Assembly (NCBI GenBank): GCA_012295275.1
Contig: CM022671.1
Span: 30,504,001 to 30,568,000 of the forward strand
Direction: 5' to 3'
Origin: Chrysomallon squamiferum
Lineage: Eukaryota > Animalia > Mollusca
DNA length: 64,000 bases
Below the pieces are notes generated by a model. It was not told the DNA's origin and did no database searches. It saw only the letters and a list, made by a program, of their open reading frames with translations. Position 1 is the first letter of the stretch. Every line of letters begins with the position of its first letter. Shown one piece after another: positions 14,186 through 29,500 of this stretch. Both the position numbers and the translations under genes were made by a program.

Positions 14186-15519
14186 TGCTCTCTGAATGTG
14201 GGTGTGCGCAAATAAGTGTATTTGTACATATATCTGTATATTTATAAATTCGTATGAATGTATCATACAGTTTATGTATTTACTTGTGTAATGAGAATAT
14301 TTTACCATTTGAATCCTATGTTTATTCTTTCCATTCTGTTTTCCTCTTTGAACTTGATGTCTTTCATCACTGATCTTAAGTGAATGAAATAAAAACGAGA
14401 AAAACGAAAAGAAAAGGGAAATCTCAGCTACATAGATGATACAATCAATATAAATGCGATAATCATCTTTATCAACGGGCGCTGATTTAATTGCCTTCCC
14501 GCTTAGCGCTCTTTAGTGTTTTCTTTGTTGCATCTTTTTTCTTCCGCTGGGATATTAATTTAGCGTGTCAACTTTTTGATTCAGATGTAACTCTCTTCTC
14601 TAAAAGTCACAAAAGAAAACGACGGCACCTGTTCGCACTAATCTTTTTGTTTATTCACATTTGATTGTCGGAATACACTGAACATCGACAAACATCAAAG
14701 ATTACTTGCCGAAAGGATTTCTCCAGCAACCGAATGATCATCCACTTATCTGTATTTGACAACCCCATAAAGTAGAAAATAAAAGCTTTTGTCAAATCAA
14801 ACAAGAACTTGAAGTTCTTATGAACCATCTTTATTCGGCTGTTTCGACTGTGTCAAAGTTCGCGTCGTTAAAACAGTTTAATAACTTGGTCGACACTGGA
14901 GGGTGTTCATCGCCAGGCTGTGGAATGCAAACCTGCAGTAGTAATACTAGAAACGATATACGAGAATGTGTGGTCTCTGTACACATACAGAACAGTACTA
15001 TTCACACACACACACATATATATATATAATGATAATAATAATAATGGCATACCATTCTCATTATATTCTTTGACATACAAAATTATTTTATCTTAGTTGT
15101 AGGTATGTATGCGTGTTTTTGTGTATAATGTATGCATGTATCATAAAAGCATTTATACATTTCTTTTTCTATTTAAGTATTTGTATGTTGGTTACGTTGT
15201 GGAATGTTTTATTAATTGTTATTTCGCGCTATATTTCTAAACATGTGGGATAATAAGAAGAAATCAACAAAATGCATTTTGCATATTTATTTATTTATTT
15301 ATTTATTTATTGTTATTGTTATTGTTATTGTTATTGTTTTATTTTAACTTTTTGCCGACCAATTCTAATTAATAATGAACTGTAACAACATAAGAGCATA
15401 ATTAGAAATATATCTGAATTATCACTACCATTTTTCTGCAGTTATGATATCATCATATACAGGGCTTTCCGATTAACTCTAGGCATGGCCAAAAAATAGT
15501 TTATATTTATTGTGACGTT

Positions 15520-15562
<43 letters not shown>

Positions 15563-15587
15563 GCGTATTAATTTGTATCTATTATTC

Positions 15588-15623
<36 letters not shown>

Positions 15624-15924
15624 TTTTCTTTGCTATTTTCACATTTTCCGGATATCTGTGTGTGAGTGTGTGTGTGTGAATTTGTTTTCAAACAAGACTA
15701 TAATTTTTGATGATCAATCGAGAAGATATCTGCATATACAGCTATAAGTCTAAATATTCGACGAATTTTAAATCACATAAATTAGGTTTGGAAGTTATAT
15801 AAAGAAAGAGCTTTCAGATGGTTCTAAATGAACACCTTTATATATTAGGTTATTTTCACTACTTTTTCTATGATGCACATACGCACGAACGTGGATCTAA
15901 AGTTTAACATGAATTATCGCCCTT

Positions 15925-15962
15925 GACGGAAGTAAGGTGCCACGTTTAAGAGAACTTCCGCA
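15925..15962 (+). promoter_or_regulatory. SEC13 core promoter with a pair of inverted ETS/GABP-type sites
   Basis: CGGAAGT at 15927-15933 and ACTTCCG at 15954-15960, about 85-120 bp upstream of the ATG; a typical housekeeping promoter arrangement. Confidence 0.55.
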
Positions 15963-16044
15963 CTTTTGGCAGAATTGACATCAACACATTTAGTTATTAT
16001 TAATCTTAAATTTACATCGTTTATGCACTACATTATCTAGAACC

Positions 16045-16690
16045 ATGGTAAGTATTGTTGATATTTTCATTTTTATTTATTCTGTAGTCAATATATTACT
16101 TTTTATAGACACTTGATATGTTAACGATGAAAACTGCATTACATTTAAAATTAAAAATAGTTAAACACAATTACTAAATTAGTTTATTTCAGTACGTAGT
16201 ACCCTTTCTATTTCAGGAAATCATTGTTTGAAGTATGTGACTTTATTTTGGATACGGTTAAAAAAATAAAAATAAAAATTGGATAAAAAAAAAATATCGA
16301 ATTAAAATGAACTCAGAACTGTGATCGGTAATCCATCATTTTAATCAAACTTTAAATTGGTAAATACTAAAATAGTTCATTCCTTAATTTAAACATATTG
16401 GATAACTGGCATCCCAAATAAAGCAGATGTTAGTATTAAAATGCGGATATTAATAAACTTTGTTGATGAATGTATAAATATTCATAAATGATTTTGAAAA
16501 TTTGAATTTTTTTTGGAATACAGTGAATTTAATATTTTAAAAATACATTTTCATTCTAGGTGTCTGTTCTTAATTCCATTGATACAGCACATGAAGATAT
16601 GATTGTAAGTCATTTATTTGTGAATGTATTTAAATATTGTTTTGATTTAGTTTCCCATAATGGCAGTAGTATAAAGCAAACACAAACTCA

Positions 16691-16753
<63 letters not shown>

Positions 16754-19700
16754 CTCACACATGTACAGACACTTATGTACAAACATTAAATAAAATACTA
16801 ACAATAAATCTGAGAAAAATTGCAATAAAATTTACTATTAAATAAACAGAGTAGCAAAATTAACAAATACAATTGTTTAATTGTACATTTCAGCATGATG
16901 CACAGTTGGATTATTACGGCATCAGATTAGCTACATGTTCTTCTGACAGATCAATTAAAATTTTTGATGTAAGGAACAATCAACAGACATTGATAGCTGA
17001 TCTCAGAGGGTAATGTGTTTAAAAATAATTTTTATCTTACATCTTAGTTGATACATGAGAAGGAATATATTTTAGGTATTTCTACTCTTTTTAGCTCATA
17101 AACATTATGTTTTGATTATGCATTTATGGTACATTTCTATTGTAACAAAAACTGTTTCAACATAGGACTGTTGTAAAAAACCCAACCCAAAACCCATTTC
17201 TAATAATCATTGTAAAAATCCATTTCAAACAGCTCTGAATAAATAGTTTATAATTTTTTTTTCCTAATATGTCTAATAAATTCTTTCAAATACATATAAG
17301 TTACTAACTAAGAATCTTAATGCGTATTATCAGTATGCCAGTATTCTTTCCAGAATGTAATTTTTAAAGAATTGTTGATGATGAAATCAGATGAATTCAT
17401 TTGTATGGTTCATAATGCTTTTTCATTTATTTTTATTTTTTATTGTAATGGTTTTATGAAAATTTTGTTTATTTAGTGAAAAAAAAAGAAATGGGAATTT
17501 TTATTTTTAAACTTTCAGAACATTTATCCTTCTTAAAATATAAAATTTAGTATGCTATTATTAAATTTAGTTTTTATTTATTAAAAATGTGTTTAATCTT
17601 CCAGTCATGAGGGTCCAGTCTGGCAACTGGCATGGGCTCATCCAATGTTTGGGAACCTTCTTGCAAGCTGTGGATATGACAGAAAAGTGATTATATGGAA
17701 GGAAATGAATGGAACGTGGGGCAAACTTTATGAATATTCTAATCATGATTCTTCAGTGAACTCTGTTTGTTTTGCTCCACATGAGTTGGGATTGATTTTA
17801 GCCTGTGGAAGCTCAGATGGAACCATTTCTATCATATCAAGTACAGGTATGTAAAATGTATAGTAAACTGCTCATTGTAAATATACTGGGAATAAATGTA
17901 TGTTAATTATAGTAAAATCTAACCAAACGTATTTATTTACAGATTCAGAAGTAAGTACAGTTAATACGAGAAGAAAATATAATTATTGTTAAATGTAACA
18001 TATGAGGAATATGTGTATCATTAATGATTAGAATACATACGTACATACATGTGTGTATATAAGTTTGTATGTACATTTATGTATAATAATATATGCATAA
18101 ATTTTAATTGATTCTTAGCTTTAGAATAAATTCTTCAATTATCATTCTAATGGGGTATAGAATACTTTCAGAATATGATTATTTGCATATAATAGATATG
18201 CAGACACAATTTAAAGACACTGGAAATTAAATAATTTTTCCAGATGAAAATTAACTAAATGTGAATTTGGTATTTTTTCTTATTCCTGTTTTTTATTTAG
18301 GTGATGGAACATGGGAAGCTTCAAAAATTAATGGTGCTCACACTGTAAGTTGATATTTAAATCAAATTTTTACATATATGAAATCTTTAGAATAGAAAAT
18401 CATTAATTATTCTATTAACATCTGTTTACTGGTTCTGTTGTGGGTATAATTCAAGTTCTTAGGTTATACAGCTTATAGTAATTTAATGTCTTGATTATTC
18501 AGTTGACTTGATATTTTTGTAGATTTATTTGGTTCATTTAAATGTTAGTCATGGTGGATCATCTTTACCTGATAGGTATATTTTCAGTGTTTTTAAGAAT
18601 TTTCTGAAAATAATGAAATGTTTTTACTGATTTCTCAGATTGGGTGCAATGCAGTTAGCTGGGCGCCTGCAACACCATCTAATGCTCTGTTTGAAAGTGG
18701 TCGACAGCAGTCAGTGAAGAAATTCGTGTCAGGTGGCTGCGATAATCTTGTTAAAGTCTGGAGGTTAGTTAATATTTAGAAATTAGTTTTAAAAAGATGT
18801 TCTTTTTATTTGAAGTGTCTTCTTTATGTTATTATATTTTTATTATTTTCATTATTTCTTGGCTTTCAAGTTCTGTTTGTTACCAGAATGTTGAAAGTAA
18901 AGAACATTTCCAAATCACATGATAAGGAACGTAATAATGGTAGGACATAACAATTCATTGATTGCTAAACTAACAAGTTGATTTATGAATGTTTTTCAAA
19001 TAAGACCACTTTAATTTGGTGAATATAGGTACCAAACAGACATTATTTATTTAGATTGTTATTTTTAACTTCTCTTTTCTGTGTGACTTACAAAGTTTTC
19101 TAAATTGATAATTTTGAGAATTACTATTTTTAATTTATTAGGGAGGAGGAAGGTAAATGGGTGGAAGACCAAAAGCTGGAAGGTCACAGTGACTGGGTGA
19201 GAGATGTGGCCTGGGCTCCCTCTATCGGTCTGCCCAAGAGCATCATTGCTTCTTGTTCACAGGTAAGTTTCTGCGATTGCACACTTAACAATACATTTGC
19301 TACATTCCTTTTTGCTGATAAAGACCATTGCTTTGGTTATAATTTATACATTATTTGCAATAAAAAGGGCCTCCAAAAATATATAGTGGCCTTAGGCCCC
19401 TGGAAAGCTAGGTTCGGCCCTGCATTTGTGCAGAACTTGTAACAGATAAAGACATTGCTATGCAAAGAAAAAAAGAGACATAGTATGTAACTGAGTTGAC
19501 ATACCGAAGTAGAAAAGATGTATGAGTGGTTAGTAAAAATGAAAATAATTTTGCAGTGTGTGCTGTTTTAATCCTTGTACTTTTTTTTGAAAACAAGTTC
19601 TGGGATTTTAAAATAAAAATCTTTAAATAATTTCAGCTGAAATGTGTTTTAACCTAATTTAAATTTTAGACACAGAAAGGCTTGGAATTTATCAGACTGA

Positions 19701-20578
19701 TCTTCTGCTTGATTATTCAATAACATAAATTCAGTATGTATTTACTGTTTATTTACTACGTATTTGTTAATTATTATTCTTGATATTTTCAGGACTGTCG
19801 AGTTATTATATGGACCAATGATGGAACTAGTAACACATGGACATCAACTATTTTGCACAAATTTAATGATGTTGTTTGGCATGTTAGTTGGTCAGTCCTT
19901 GGCAACATACTGGCTGTGTCAGGAGGAGATAACAAGGTAACAAGAACTGTTGTTTTAATTACTGAAATTCAGTTACTTTGGGACATTTGCTTTTTGTTTT
20001 AGATTGCTCTTGAAGCAGGTATTACAGCTAAATAAAATGTTGGATCACAAAATAAATTTAATATCCAGTTAGTGTTAAAATTATTTAGGTTAAAATCTAG
20101 TATATTAATATTATAATTAGTAACACTTCATTTGTAAGCTAAGAAGATGACAACAAATAGGAGTTATTATTACTATTATTATTTATTTATTTTTAAATAT
20201 TATACATGTGTATCAATTTAAAAAAAAAAAAATTAATATGTAGAGCAGATTTGTTGCATGAAATTAATCCATTTCACCAAAGTATATTGCATTTTAGAAT
20301 ATAACACTTGAATATAGAACTTGTTCAAAGTTCTGGACACTATTCTTTAATGAAGGTGAAAACACTTTTTTTTTTTAATAGGCATATAGATAACATTTAA
20401 AAAAAACAATTGTATCATTGCAGAATGATATTTATTTTCTTGTTATTAATCTAACTAATTTTGTTTTGTTTCTCAGGTCAGTTTATGGAAGGAATCGTTG
20501 GAAGGTCAGTGGGTGTGTATAAGTGATGTTAATAAAGGTCAAGGACAAATTAATGAGCAAAGGCCATCTTCTGGATGA
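16045..20578 (+). CDS. SEC13: Protein SEC13 homolog (WD40; COPII coat, nuclear pore, GATOR2), complete, 9 coding exons, 313 aa
   Basis: Exons 16045-16047 (ATG only), 16560-16604, 16894-17009, 17605-17846, 18301-18344, 18639-18763, 19142-19262, 19793-19936, 20477-20578. All introns are GT-AG with consistent phases; total 942 nt. Translation [42 protein letters not shown]...[32 protein letters not shown]...[18 protein letters not shown]...[31 protein letters not shown] is recognisably SEC13. Confidence 0.97.
16693..16751. repeat. (AC)n microsatellite in SEC13 intron 2
   Basis: Perfect dinucleotide run. Confidence 0.97.
19365..19425. mobile_element. Fragment resembling one end of a CAGGGCCG-type MITE in SEC13 intron 7
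   Basis: gggcctccaaaa...ggccttaggcccc...ttcggccctg GC-rich island; only one end is visible. Confidence 0.3.
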
Positions 20579-21174
20579 GAACTGATATAGCTAGATGAAA
20601 AAACACAACAACCAAAAACATCTTAAAAAAAAAAAAGTATTCTGTATACAAGTTTAAGAACATTTCTTGCTCTTTGTCAATACTGGATATTCTTTCAACA
20701 CATTCTTGTGGAAATCAAATGCTGTAAGAAACCAAATCATTTACATGTTGGTTGTAAGATTCAACTTGTGAACTTTTCTGTGAATGAAGATTTGAATTTC
20801 TGTTTTCGTTTTAATGGGAGATAATTCAGTGAAGCATATTCTCCAGTGACACAACAAATCTAAAATTTAGTTTGGAAACATGCATGTTATTTTAACTTTT
20901 TTTGATTTGTGATAATAAAAAAATAATTTAATATGAATGAGTTTACAGAATTGAAAATAATTATATCTAGTAATGGAAAATGCAATTAAAGGTTGACAAC
21001 AGACAAATATTTTTTATTTTTTGGAAAAAGCTTAATTTTATGAAATTCAATTTTTAATTCTCCCAGTTTCATTTTAGGGAATTTAAAAATAAATGTAAGA
21101 TTTTAGTTATTTAAGATCATACTGTAATTATGAACCATTGTTTTTTCTTTGTATTTAAATAGAGAAGAAAGTTG

Positions 21175-21210
21175 AATAAATGGACAATGATGTAAATATA
21201 TGTATTTATT
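21175..21210. terminator. Candidate convergent poly(A) signals for SEC13 (+) and CADPS (-)
   Basis: AATAAA on + at 21175-21180 and AATAAA on - at 21205-21210, each followed by U-rich sequence on its own strand. Confidence 0.35.
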
Positions 21211-24200
21211 TCTTCTTCTAGTCATACTTGTATTTCATTAAATTATTTTGTAGTAGTAATTCTTAAAGGATATACATACCCAGAAAAAGAGGACATATTT
21301 TACATAACAATATATTACTGTTGATAAAGGTATCAGTATTAGGATTTGATATCCCAGTTCCTAATTTACACCAAAATAAATGATCAATGGATGCCTTAAC
21401 ACTGGCGTCAGGAAAAGCAGGAAGTCAGTATGCTCTACAAACAGTCAAAGGTGACAACAGAAAACTTTGTAATATGTGTATACTTTGTGTATATGTGACA
21501 TTTTTATTCACACCATTAATAGAACATTAATAATGATAAGAAAAGACGAAACACATCACTCCCATGAAACAAGAAAAACACAGATTTTTTTAGTGTTATA
21601 ATTCTATTTATTCAATCTGCAAATTGAAAACAAAACAAAAACAAAAATTCTCTTATTGCACATCAGGAAGAATTTGCATATTGATAAAAACTGTGAAACA
21701 ATAAAATCTGTTTTGCTTAACAAATAAGCATGCAAAAATCTGTTAATTAATTCTTTTTTTTTTTCTTGTTGTATTTTTTGTTTTGTTTTGGACACACATA
21801 CAGTTAACAGAAAGTGGTTTTCTATACACAAGTGATGCTGCCCAACTAGTTTTTACAATATCACAAACCAACATTGGTTATCTGAAGACAGTAAACAATG
21901 AAAGACAGTATCTGTCGTAGAGGTATACACAAGAAAATGGTGTTTTGAAAAACAGAGCTGAACACAGATCTATTAAGTGAAAGGTTTCTCAAAATAGTTC
22001 ATTACACACAACAGGGAAAACAATTCTCAATAGACTGTAAAATTAAAGATGAAAATTATTTTCCTTTGAGATAAATTTCTTCAGATAGGAAAGCAAATCT
22101 TCACATATACTGCAATCTAAATATCCTCTATAATTACAATATATATTAGGGATAAAAACCAACAATAACAGTAATATAAATAAACAGTAACAACTGACAA
22201 ATTTGATTAAATATGGTATGATTGCACATACTTGTATAAAAACCACTGTTTTAGTCATGATTTTCAGTTTAAAATAATACATTTTAACATTTTGAATCAT
22301 TTATATAAGAATATTTTAACAAGAATTTATGGAAATATAAAAAATATTGCAGCGAGCTGAGGTTAAAAGAAAATATGGAATTCATTGTAGTAATTATAAG
22401 TAATTTCATTAGTTCTAATATACATGTAAATAGTTTTACGGATTATTATGTAGAAAATGAAAAAAAATTAAATTTAAAGCTTAGTAAAGTTTAGTCAAAT
22501 AAAATTCTATTAATCGGATTTGCCAGGGTGCAATTTAATAGTAACAAACATTTCAAGTAAATTAGCATTTTTAAATGCATTAGAAGAAAAAAAAAAAAAG
22601 GTTATCCCTTTATAAAAAAAAAAGAATTTTAATAAAAATTGCAAAAACAAAACATACAAATGAAATTAAATAATAATCCCAAAGTAAAAAAATTAAAAAA
22701 TTAATTTGAGAAATATGTATCAAACCCATATTTCAGATTAAAATAAAAAGTGTTAATGTGGAGTAAAAATAAATAACTTACTATTCTAAATCTTGGGAAT
22801 GTGAGTTCTTCAATTTTTTTGTTTTTGTTTTTATATGTATTCTGCTTTGTTTATCACAACCACATATAATCACAGAAATTCTATATAGACCAGTAGGGTA
22901 TTGAATGTAGCAAAAAATTAATATTTTTATGTAGAGACCTTGGCAATAAGTATCAATTACTTTTTAATAAACATACTTTGATTAATAATAACAATAAACA
23001 ATACAAAAAATATTAACTATAAAATAAAGAAAGAAAACAAAACAAAAGACACCAACAATCAGAATTAACTCTGTTATACGAAGTGAACAAATATAAAAAT
23101 GGACTGTAAATAGAATTTGGCTTTAATGGATCATGTAAACAGTATTTCATAACCCCCTAACCCCTCAAAAAACTCCCCAAAAAACAAACAAAATACACAC
23201 AACCCATCCCACCTCAAAATAACCCCAATCCAATAAATCAAAAAACTGAAAATATTTTTAATGTAACAAAATAATAATTAAGTTTATAGATTAAAAACCT
23301 CTGCAACCAACATCAAACAAAAACTCTAGCATGTAAACACCGATAAATATTTCTTGGTAATGTTTCTGAAGAGGAATGTAGGCAATCCATCGTTAATTAC
23401 AGTTCAGTGTCCAGCTATATTAATTTTGGATAAACTAATGTAGGAACCCAATTTGTGCTCTGTGATGTTCCTCAGATTATGGGTAACAGCAGCCTCAGGC
23501 ATCCACTTTGTGCTATTTATAAAATATAAAGTATTCTATGGACCAGCCAGTTTAGAGAACAAAACACTTCCAAAATACAACTTGAAAGAGGATGATATAT
23601 AATCTAAAACTTTTATATATAATCTATGCTATAAACTAAATTCATAAATTATCAATTAGATAACAAAACATGATATCTAAGTTAAACAATACTGGATTTG
23701 CTTTACATTAAATACAAATATTAAGAATAACAATTTTATATAAATAATTTTATATAAATAAAATATATAAAAATGTCAAAAGTAAAGCATGTTAAGTAAA
23801 TTAATAAATATAGACCCTCATAAAAATTTTGGTAAACAAGTAAGTAGAATATGTTTAAATAGATTACAATAATGTTAACAGAAAATATAATATGTTGTGA
23901 TTATTAAATGTACAAGAAACAAATAAATATAAATGCATTTTCCATATATTTGAAAACAGTAATAACAAATTAATTTAATAACATTTTTTTTTTTTTTGAC
24001 TGCATATTTGTAGTGTGCAATCTTTAAGATCAATGAATCCACTGAAATTCAGAATGTAGAACAAATTACAAATACTTCTGGAATGTAGAAATTGTTTCTA
24101 GATTGTAGATGGATGTTTTTTCAGCAACCAAGATGCTGTTGTTACAAGCAACACTGACACATTACTTTCAGATTATGAGCAAGCATCATTTACAAAACTG

Positions 24201-26563
24201 CATACTGTTAATTTAGTAGTAATTATTGTTTTCAATTATTAGCTATTAGAAATCGATGACAAAGAAAATAATCACTTCTGTGAACACTCACTTCAAAGGC
24301 AGTGTCAGATTTAAATTATTTACAAATGTTAAAGAATATCTCATATGGATTTAGAAATAAAAATAAAAAAAGAAAAGAAAAAATGGAGAAGAAATAAATA
24401 AAAATAAATAAAATTATTATCACGGAAAAATTAGAATGAAATAAAAGGAAAGCATATTTAAATGCTATTATGATATAAATAACGACAGAATAATCAATCC
24501 TACCAGGTATTCAGATCTAAAATCCACCAAACTCTTTGTAGATATAATTTATAAACTACACGAAATGTCTAGTAAACAGCTTAGACCATATTTAGAGCAC
24601 TCAAATGAAAATAAAATTTAAAGCTGAAAGCTGCAGACTAAATGTAGAATGCTCCAGTGAAATAATTGCATATTTGCTGTAATAGACTGAAAAAAAAAAC
24701 TACAAAATTTTTAAAGGGATTGACAGACATATAATTAAGTGGCCTTAACAGCAATTACATGTTTTGAAATATATAAAATATTTGCTAACTGATGCCTCTA
24801 TAAGAAAACTTAGGTCATAAGTTAGCATGAAATATTTATCAACTGTTACACCAATGAAAGAAGGTATGGTGTCCACATGCAAACATTAACTATCAGAGGT
24901 GCAGCCACTAACAAGAAAACCAGCGAAAGCACTATATGTTACAAAATGACACAAGTCATGATTTGTTTTGTCGCAGAAGATACAAACTAATGACAACTAT
25001 AACTTTTCTGAAGATTACACATATATTCTCTCTCTATAATTAAATTATATCAAAAATGGACATATTTTGAATCACATTTATAGTTGTATATACTGATTTT
25101 CAAGTATATATACAACATATACTTTACTTATATACAGTTTATCATTTTTTGAATAAATATACACTGTAAATACACCAACTATTGTCCTTTTTATAACATT
25201 AACAGTATTCTATTTTTCTACTTTATACCTTTAAAAGAACAAAACTAAAATGAAATAAGATATATATCACAACACTGCAATTTACGTGATAAATACAAAG
25301 ATTTAAAAAATTGTATGCAATATAATTTCAGTGATTTACTATTATTTACTTTTGTCAGACATCTTTGTGTTTGTTTTTTATTTTTTTAAATTAATGAACA
25401 ATAGGTGTTAGTTAACAGAATGATAGTTCACCGCTGGTTGCCTGTATCAGTAATCACAATAAATTATTGCATTTTTGCATATGATGTTTCATCTACAATG
25501 TCAAAAGATAAGTGGAAGCACATTATGTGTGATATAAAGAGAAAAGTTCAGGAATAAATATTTATCTTCATCTTAGGTCATGGTTAAAATATAAAAGCAA
25601 AATCAAATGCAGAAATAATAATAGTAATGATGATGATGTAAAAAAAATCACCCAAGAAAACAGAAACTCGAAACCTCTGACCTTACCGACACATTTTAAT
25701 AATCTTGTGTTTGTCACCACAATCTCTTTTGGGCTTAGAGATTGTTGTTTTAAACTGTTAAGTTTGAATTATTTTTATGTTTATAAATATTTGTATAATT
25801 TAATAACATATGAAATTTAGGTTCTAACTAATCAGTTATCAAAGAGTATGTTCTAAGTTAAATTAGATAAAATGTAAACAATCTGTTGTCAAAATTGACT
25901 TTTTATTGACTGAATTTAAAGCTTCCAAGTAAATAAAGATTTCCGTTTGGAAATGTTAAAAGTTTTGATTTTCATTTATATTAATTTGGCTAATTTCATT
26001 GTCACAGTTCACTCATTAAGATTTGTTTTTTGGTAAGGCTTTAGATTCAGTAGTTTTAAGACAATATTACGAACAGATCTATAAACATGATCTAAATTAT
26101 GAAAACACATTTTGTGTGAAAAAAATGAAATATATCCAACAAAAAGATCCAGAGGGGTTAATTAGCAAAAACATTGCTTTTTTGATGTCTGTGTCTGAAT
26201 GAAATAGGAACTAAATAAAATTAATTAATACTAGCAGGAGACAGTCATACAAATAAGAAAAAAGTAAAGAAAAAAACCTCTTCTGTAATTAATGCTATTT
26301 ATCTCATAGTCATAAATTTTTTCTTGTTTTGAAAATAACTCCAGGAAAATTATCTTAGAAATGTGGTAATATACATGTAAGAACCCAAGCTATCAAACAA
26401 GCACCCACCCAACCTTATTTATATAGTCTAATAAAAGCAAGTAAGGTTATATAACTATTAAGCCATTTCCACATATATTCTAATATACTCTAGCTTATGT
26501 TAAGGTAAAACAGATAAGTCTACTGTCATCAAAACATGCATATGTTGTTGTTTTGTTAGATTT

Positions 26564-29500
26564 TCAGTCTGATTCATCTTCACTGGCATTGTTTCCACGA
26601 CCTAAAAAGGTTGTTCGGCTTCCACCACTTTCTGACTGGATTACAGACTGGGTAGCTTCTTCCACCTATTAAAATTAAAAACATCAAATTGACAACTGTA
26701 TGTTATGTAACACATATTTACTAGCAATTAACAGACCATCAGAATGACAATTTTTTTTTTTTTTTTACATGGTACTTAGGCAAAAAATAGTTAAATTCTG
26801 AATGATGTTATTACAGAATACTGAAGAATAGTATTTAGTGTCTGTCAGAAATTGGCTAGAAACAGCGTAATATTATTTACCTGAAGTCTGCTACAGATAG
26901 TTTGATAGGTTTTGCTATTGAGACAATTTTCGGGAACTCCCTGGAGCTCAAAGTCCGAATAACATTTCTGAAATAAAGACAACTTGTTTTCAGTTATGTG
27001 TGCAAAGAAAACTAAACTCTAAAAAAAATTTGTTTGACAGAAATTGAGAGAAAGTGAGTAAGAGAAACTGAGAGCTGAGAGAAAGAGAGAGAGGGAATAC
27101 AGAATTTTATAGACTTTTTTTTTTTATCAGGTTGAAGTATTTACACTGAACGGAAAATCAAGCACATCTGTTACAGATATTTAACAATACAAGTAATCAC
27201 ATTTTAATTTACTATCTGATTACCTACCCTGTTTATTGCCATTAGACAGTTCAGTTGGTAAGGGTGCAGAGAAAGGTCAAGGCGATCAGTCAGCCAATCA
27301 CAAATCATTTTCATCTGACCAGTATACCATTCCTAGATTAAAATATAAAAATGAACATTTAAAGTCTCACTGCACTGTTTATTCCTAATAATGCTACTTA
27401 GAAATATCATTTGACAAAATATAACAACACAAAAGTTCAAATATTTGGATATTATTTACTGTTATGACTGTCATAATATTCTCTTCTGCTATGATAGATG
27501 CTGCTTTTAAACAAACCTATAATTTTTGCACAATATCTTCAAAAACTTCTCTCTATTTTTTTTCATTATATCTTGATCATTATTTAGAGAAATGAAATTC
27601 AAAGTCAATAACCTCACTAAAAATATGCAAAAATGCATAAAAACCAGTCAAGTATTTTACCTCAAATATTGTTAATGTGTAGAGTTCATCAGTAATTTTT
27701 TGTCTCAGCTGATCTAGGTTTCCTCGCATGAAGTCAACATAGGACTTTCCAAGTTCATTCACTGGTTTCTGAAGTGATTTAATAATAATAGTAGTAATAG
27801 CAGTAATAATAGTAAATATAATTATAACAACTACAGTAATAAAAATAAGAAATTTATGTATAATTTCAACTAAAAAAATCAAAAACAGTATAAAATAAAA
27901 AACAAGAATTCTCTAAGCAGAACTTACTGTTAATGAAAGTATTGATGCAAAAAATGTTCCCTCATCGTATCGGGCTAGTTTGCCCAACACTGATTCCAAC
28001 ACTGACAACAGCTGAAATAAATAGTAAAAAATTATTTTGGCTGTAATGTCATCTCTTTTAATTAATTTATTATCTAGGAAAAAAAAAAATAATAATAAAA
28101 TGTTTAAATTAAATTAGAAATTAAGACTTCTGTCTACACCAATAATGAAATTCTGTATTCAGTTACCTTTTCAACAAGACATTTGACCATCTGGACTTGA
28201 ACACGCTCCAGGAATTCATCTATCTTTGTATGATACTGATGCTTAAAAAAATATAATGAGTACGGCATCACAAAAATAAAGAACAACAAATGTTTTTGTT
28301 TTTTGGAAAAGTAGGTATTTTATATTAAATAACTGCTGAATATTTTGAAAATTTATCTGTTTAAAATTTCAAGAAGTCTGACCAAAAACCAATTTTTTAT
28401 TATACATAAAAAAGTAGTTAATCCAGAAATTAAATGTTTAGCAAAAATTTGAAAAAGATAATTACTCAACTTAATGGATTCATTCTTTTACTTATTTAAA
28501 AAAAAAAAAAATTATAAAGAAAAGTAATATAAGTTGAAAATAATTATATTAAAAAAATACTACCATATTTTGGCCACTGTCCAAGGCACAAAGGTGAAGA
28601 GCCTGTTAAATAATTTTTATATTAAAAGATTATTTACTCATGAAAAGATAGATATAATATTATAAATATCTATGTACCAAAAAACCTGAAACAAAAAAAA
28701 CAAACACAATAAAATGTAACCTACATGTCATTGAAAAATACTTTCTCTGTAATATGAGCTATAATAATACATATAGTAAATTTTTAAAATTTACTCCATG
28801 AACAATTTTTTAATAAAAAAAAATAATGCATACCTTATTTTTCAGATCAATGATGACATTCATCATGGTGCAGATCTCTGAGTAGGTGATGTAGTCACAG
28901 CCCTTTCCTCCTTTTCTGAGATAACTTTCAAATGATTTTAGAGTCCTTGCAGAAGATAATAACAAATATGATTCTGATTTATTACTTACAGTAGAGGGTA
29001 ATATTTTTTCTTTTAAACATTCAGTTATGCTCTACTTCAATTCTGTAGTTTTCTTTTATTAAATAAATAGATTTGTTATTGTATGCTAAAATATTTCAAA
29101 ATTATTTTTGGAATGTATTTATTTATTAAATTTTCAAATTAGCAGTATAAAAGTATGTATGTTCATAATCTAGAAATAAATTACATAAAAAGAATAAATA
29201 AATAAATAAATTTGGGAAAACAAGGGAAAATTCCAAAGATATTGGTTATGGGTGTTGTTGAAAATTAAAATTACATTAGAGATGGCCCTTACATGTAAAA
29301 ACACCCAGTAGTGAGTAACAAAACATCAGTAAAAAAAAAATTACAAACATTTAACTAACTGTTGACATCACTTATTTTATAACTGGTGCAAAAATAATTT
29401 TATATTTATTCACTACCTCAGTTTTGAATAAAACATTACTGATTATCCTGTACCTTTTGGCAGCTGCTTCAATCATGTCTGCAGCCATCAGTTTGAGTCT

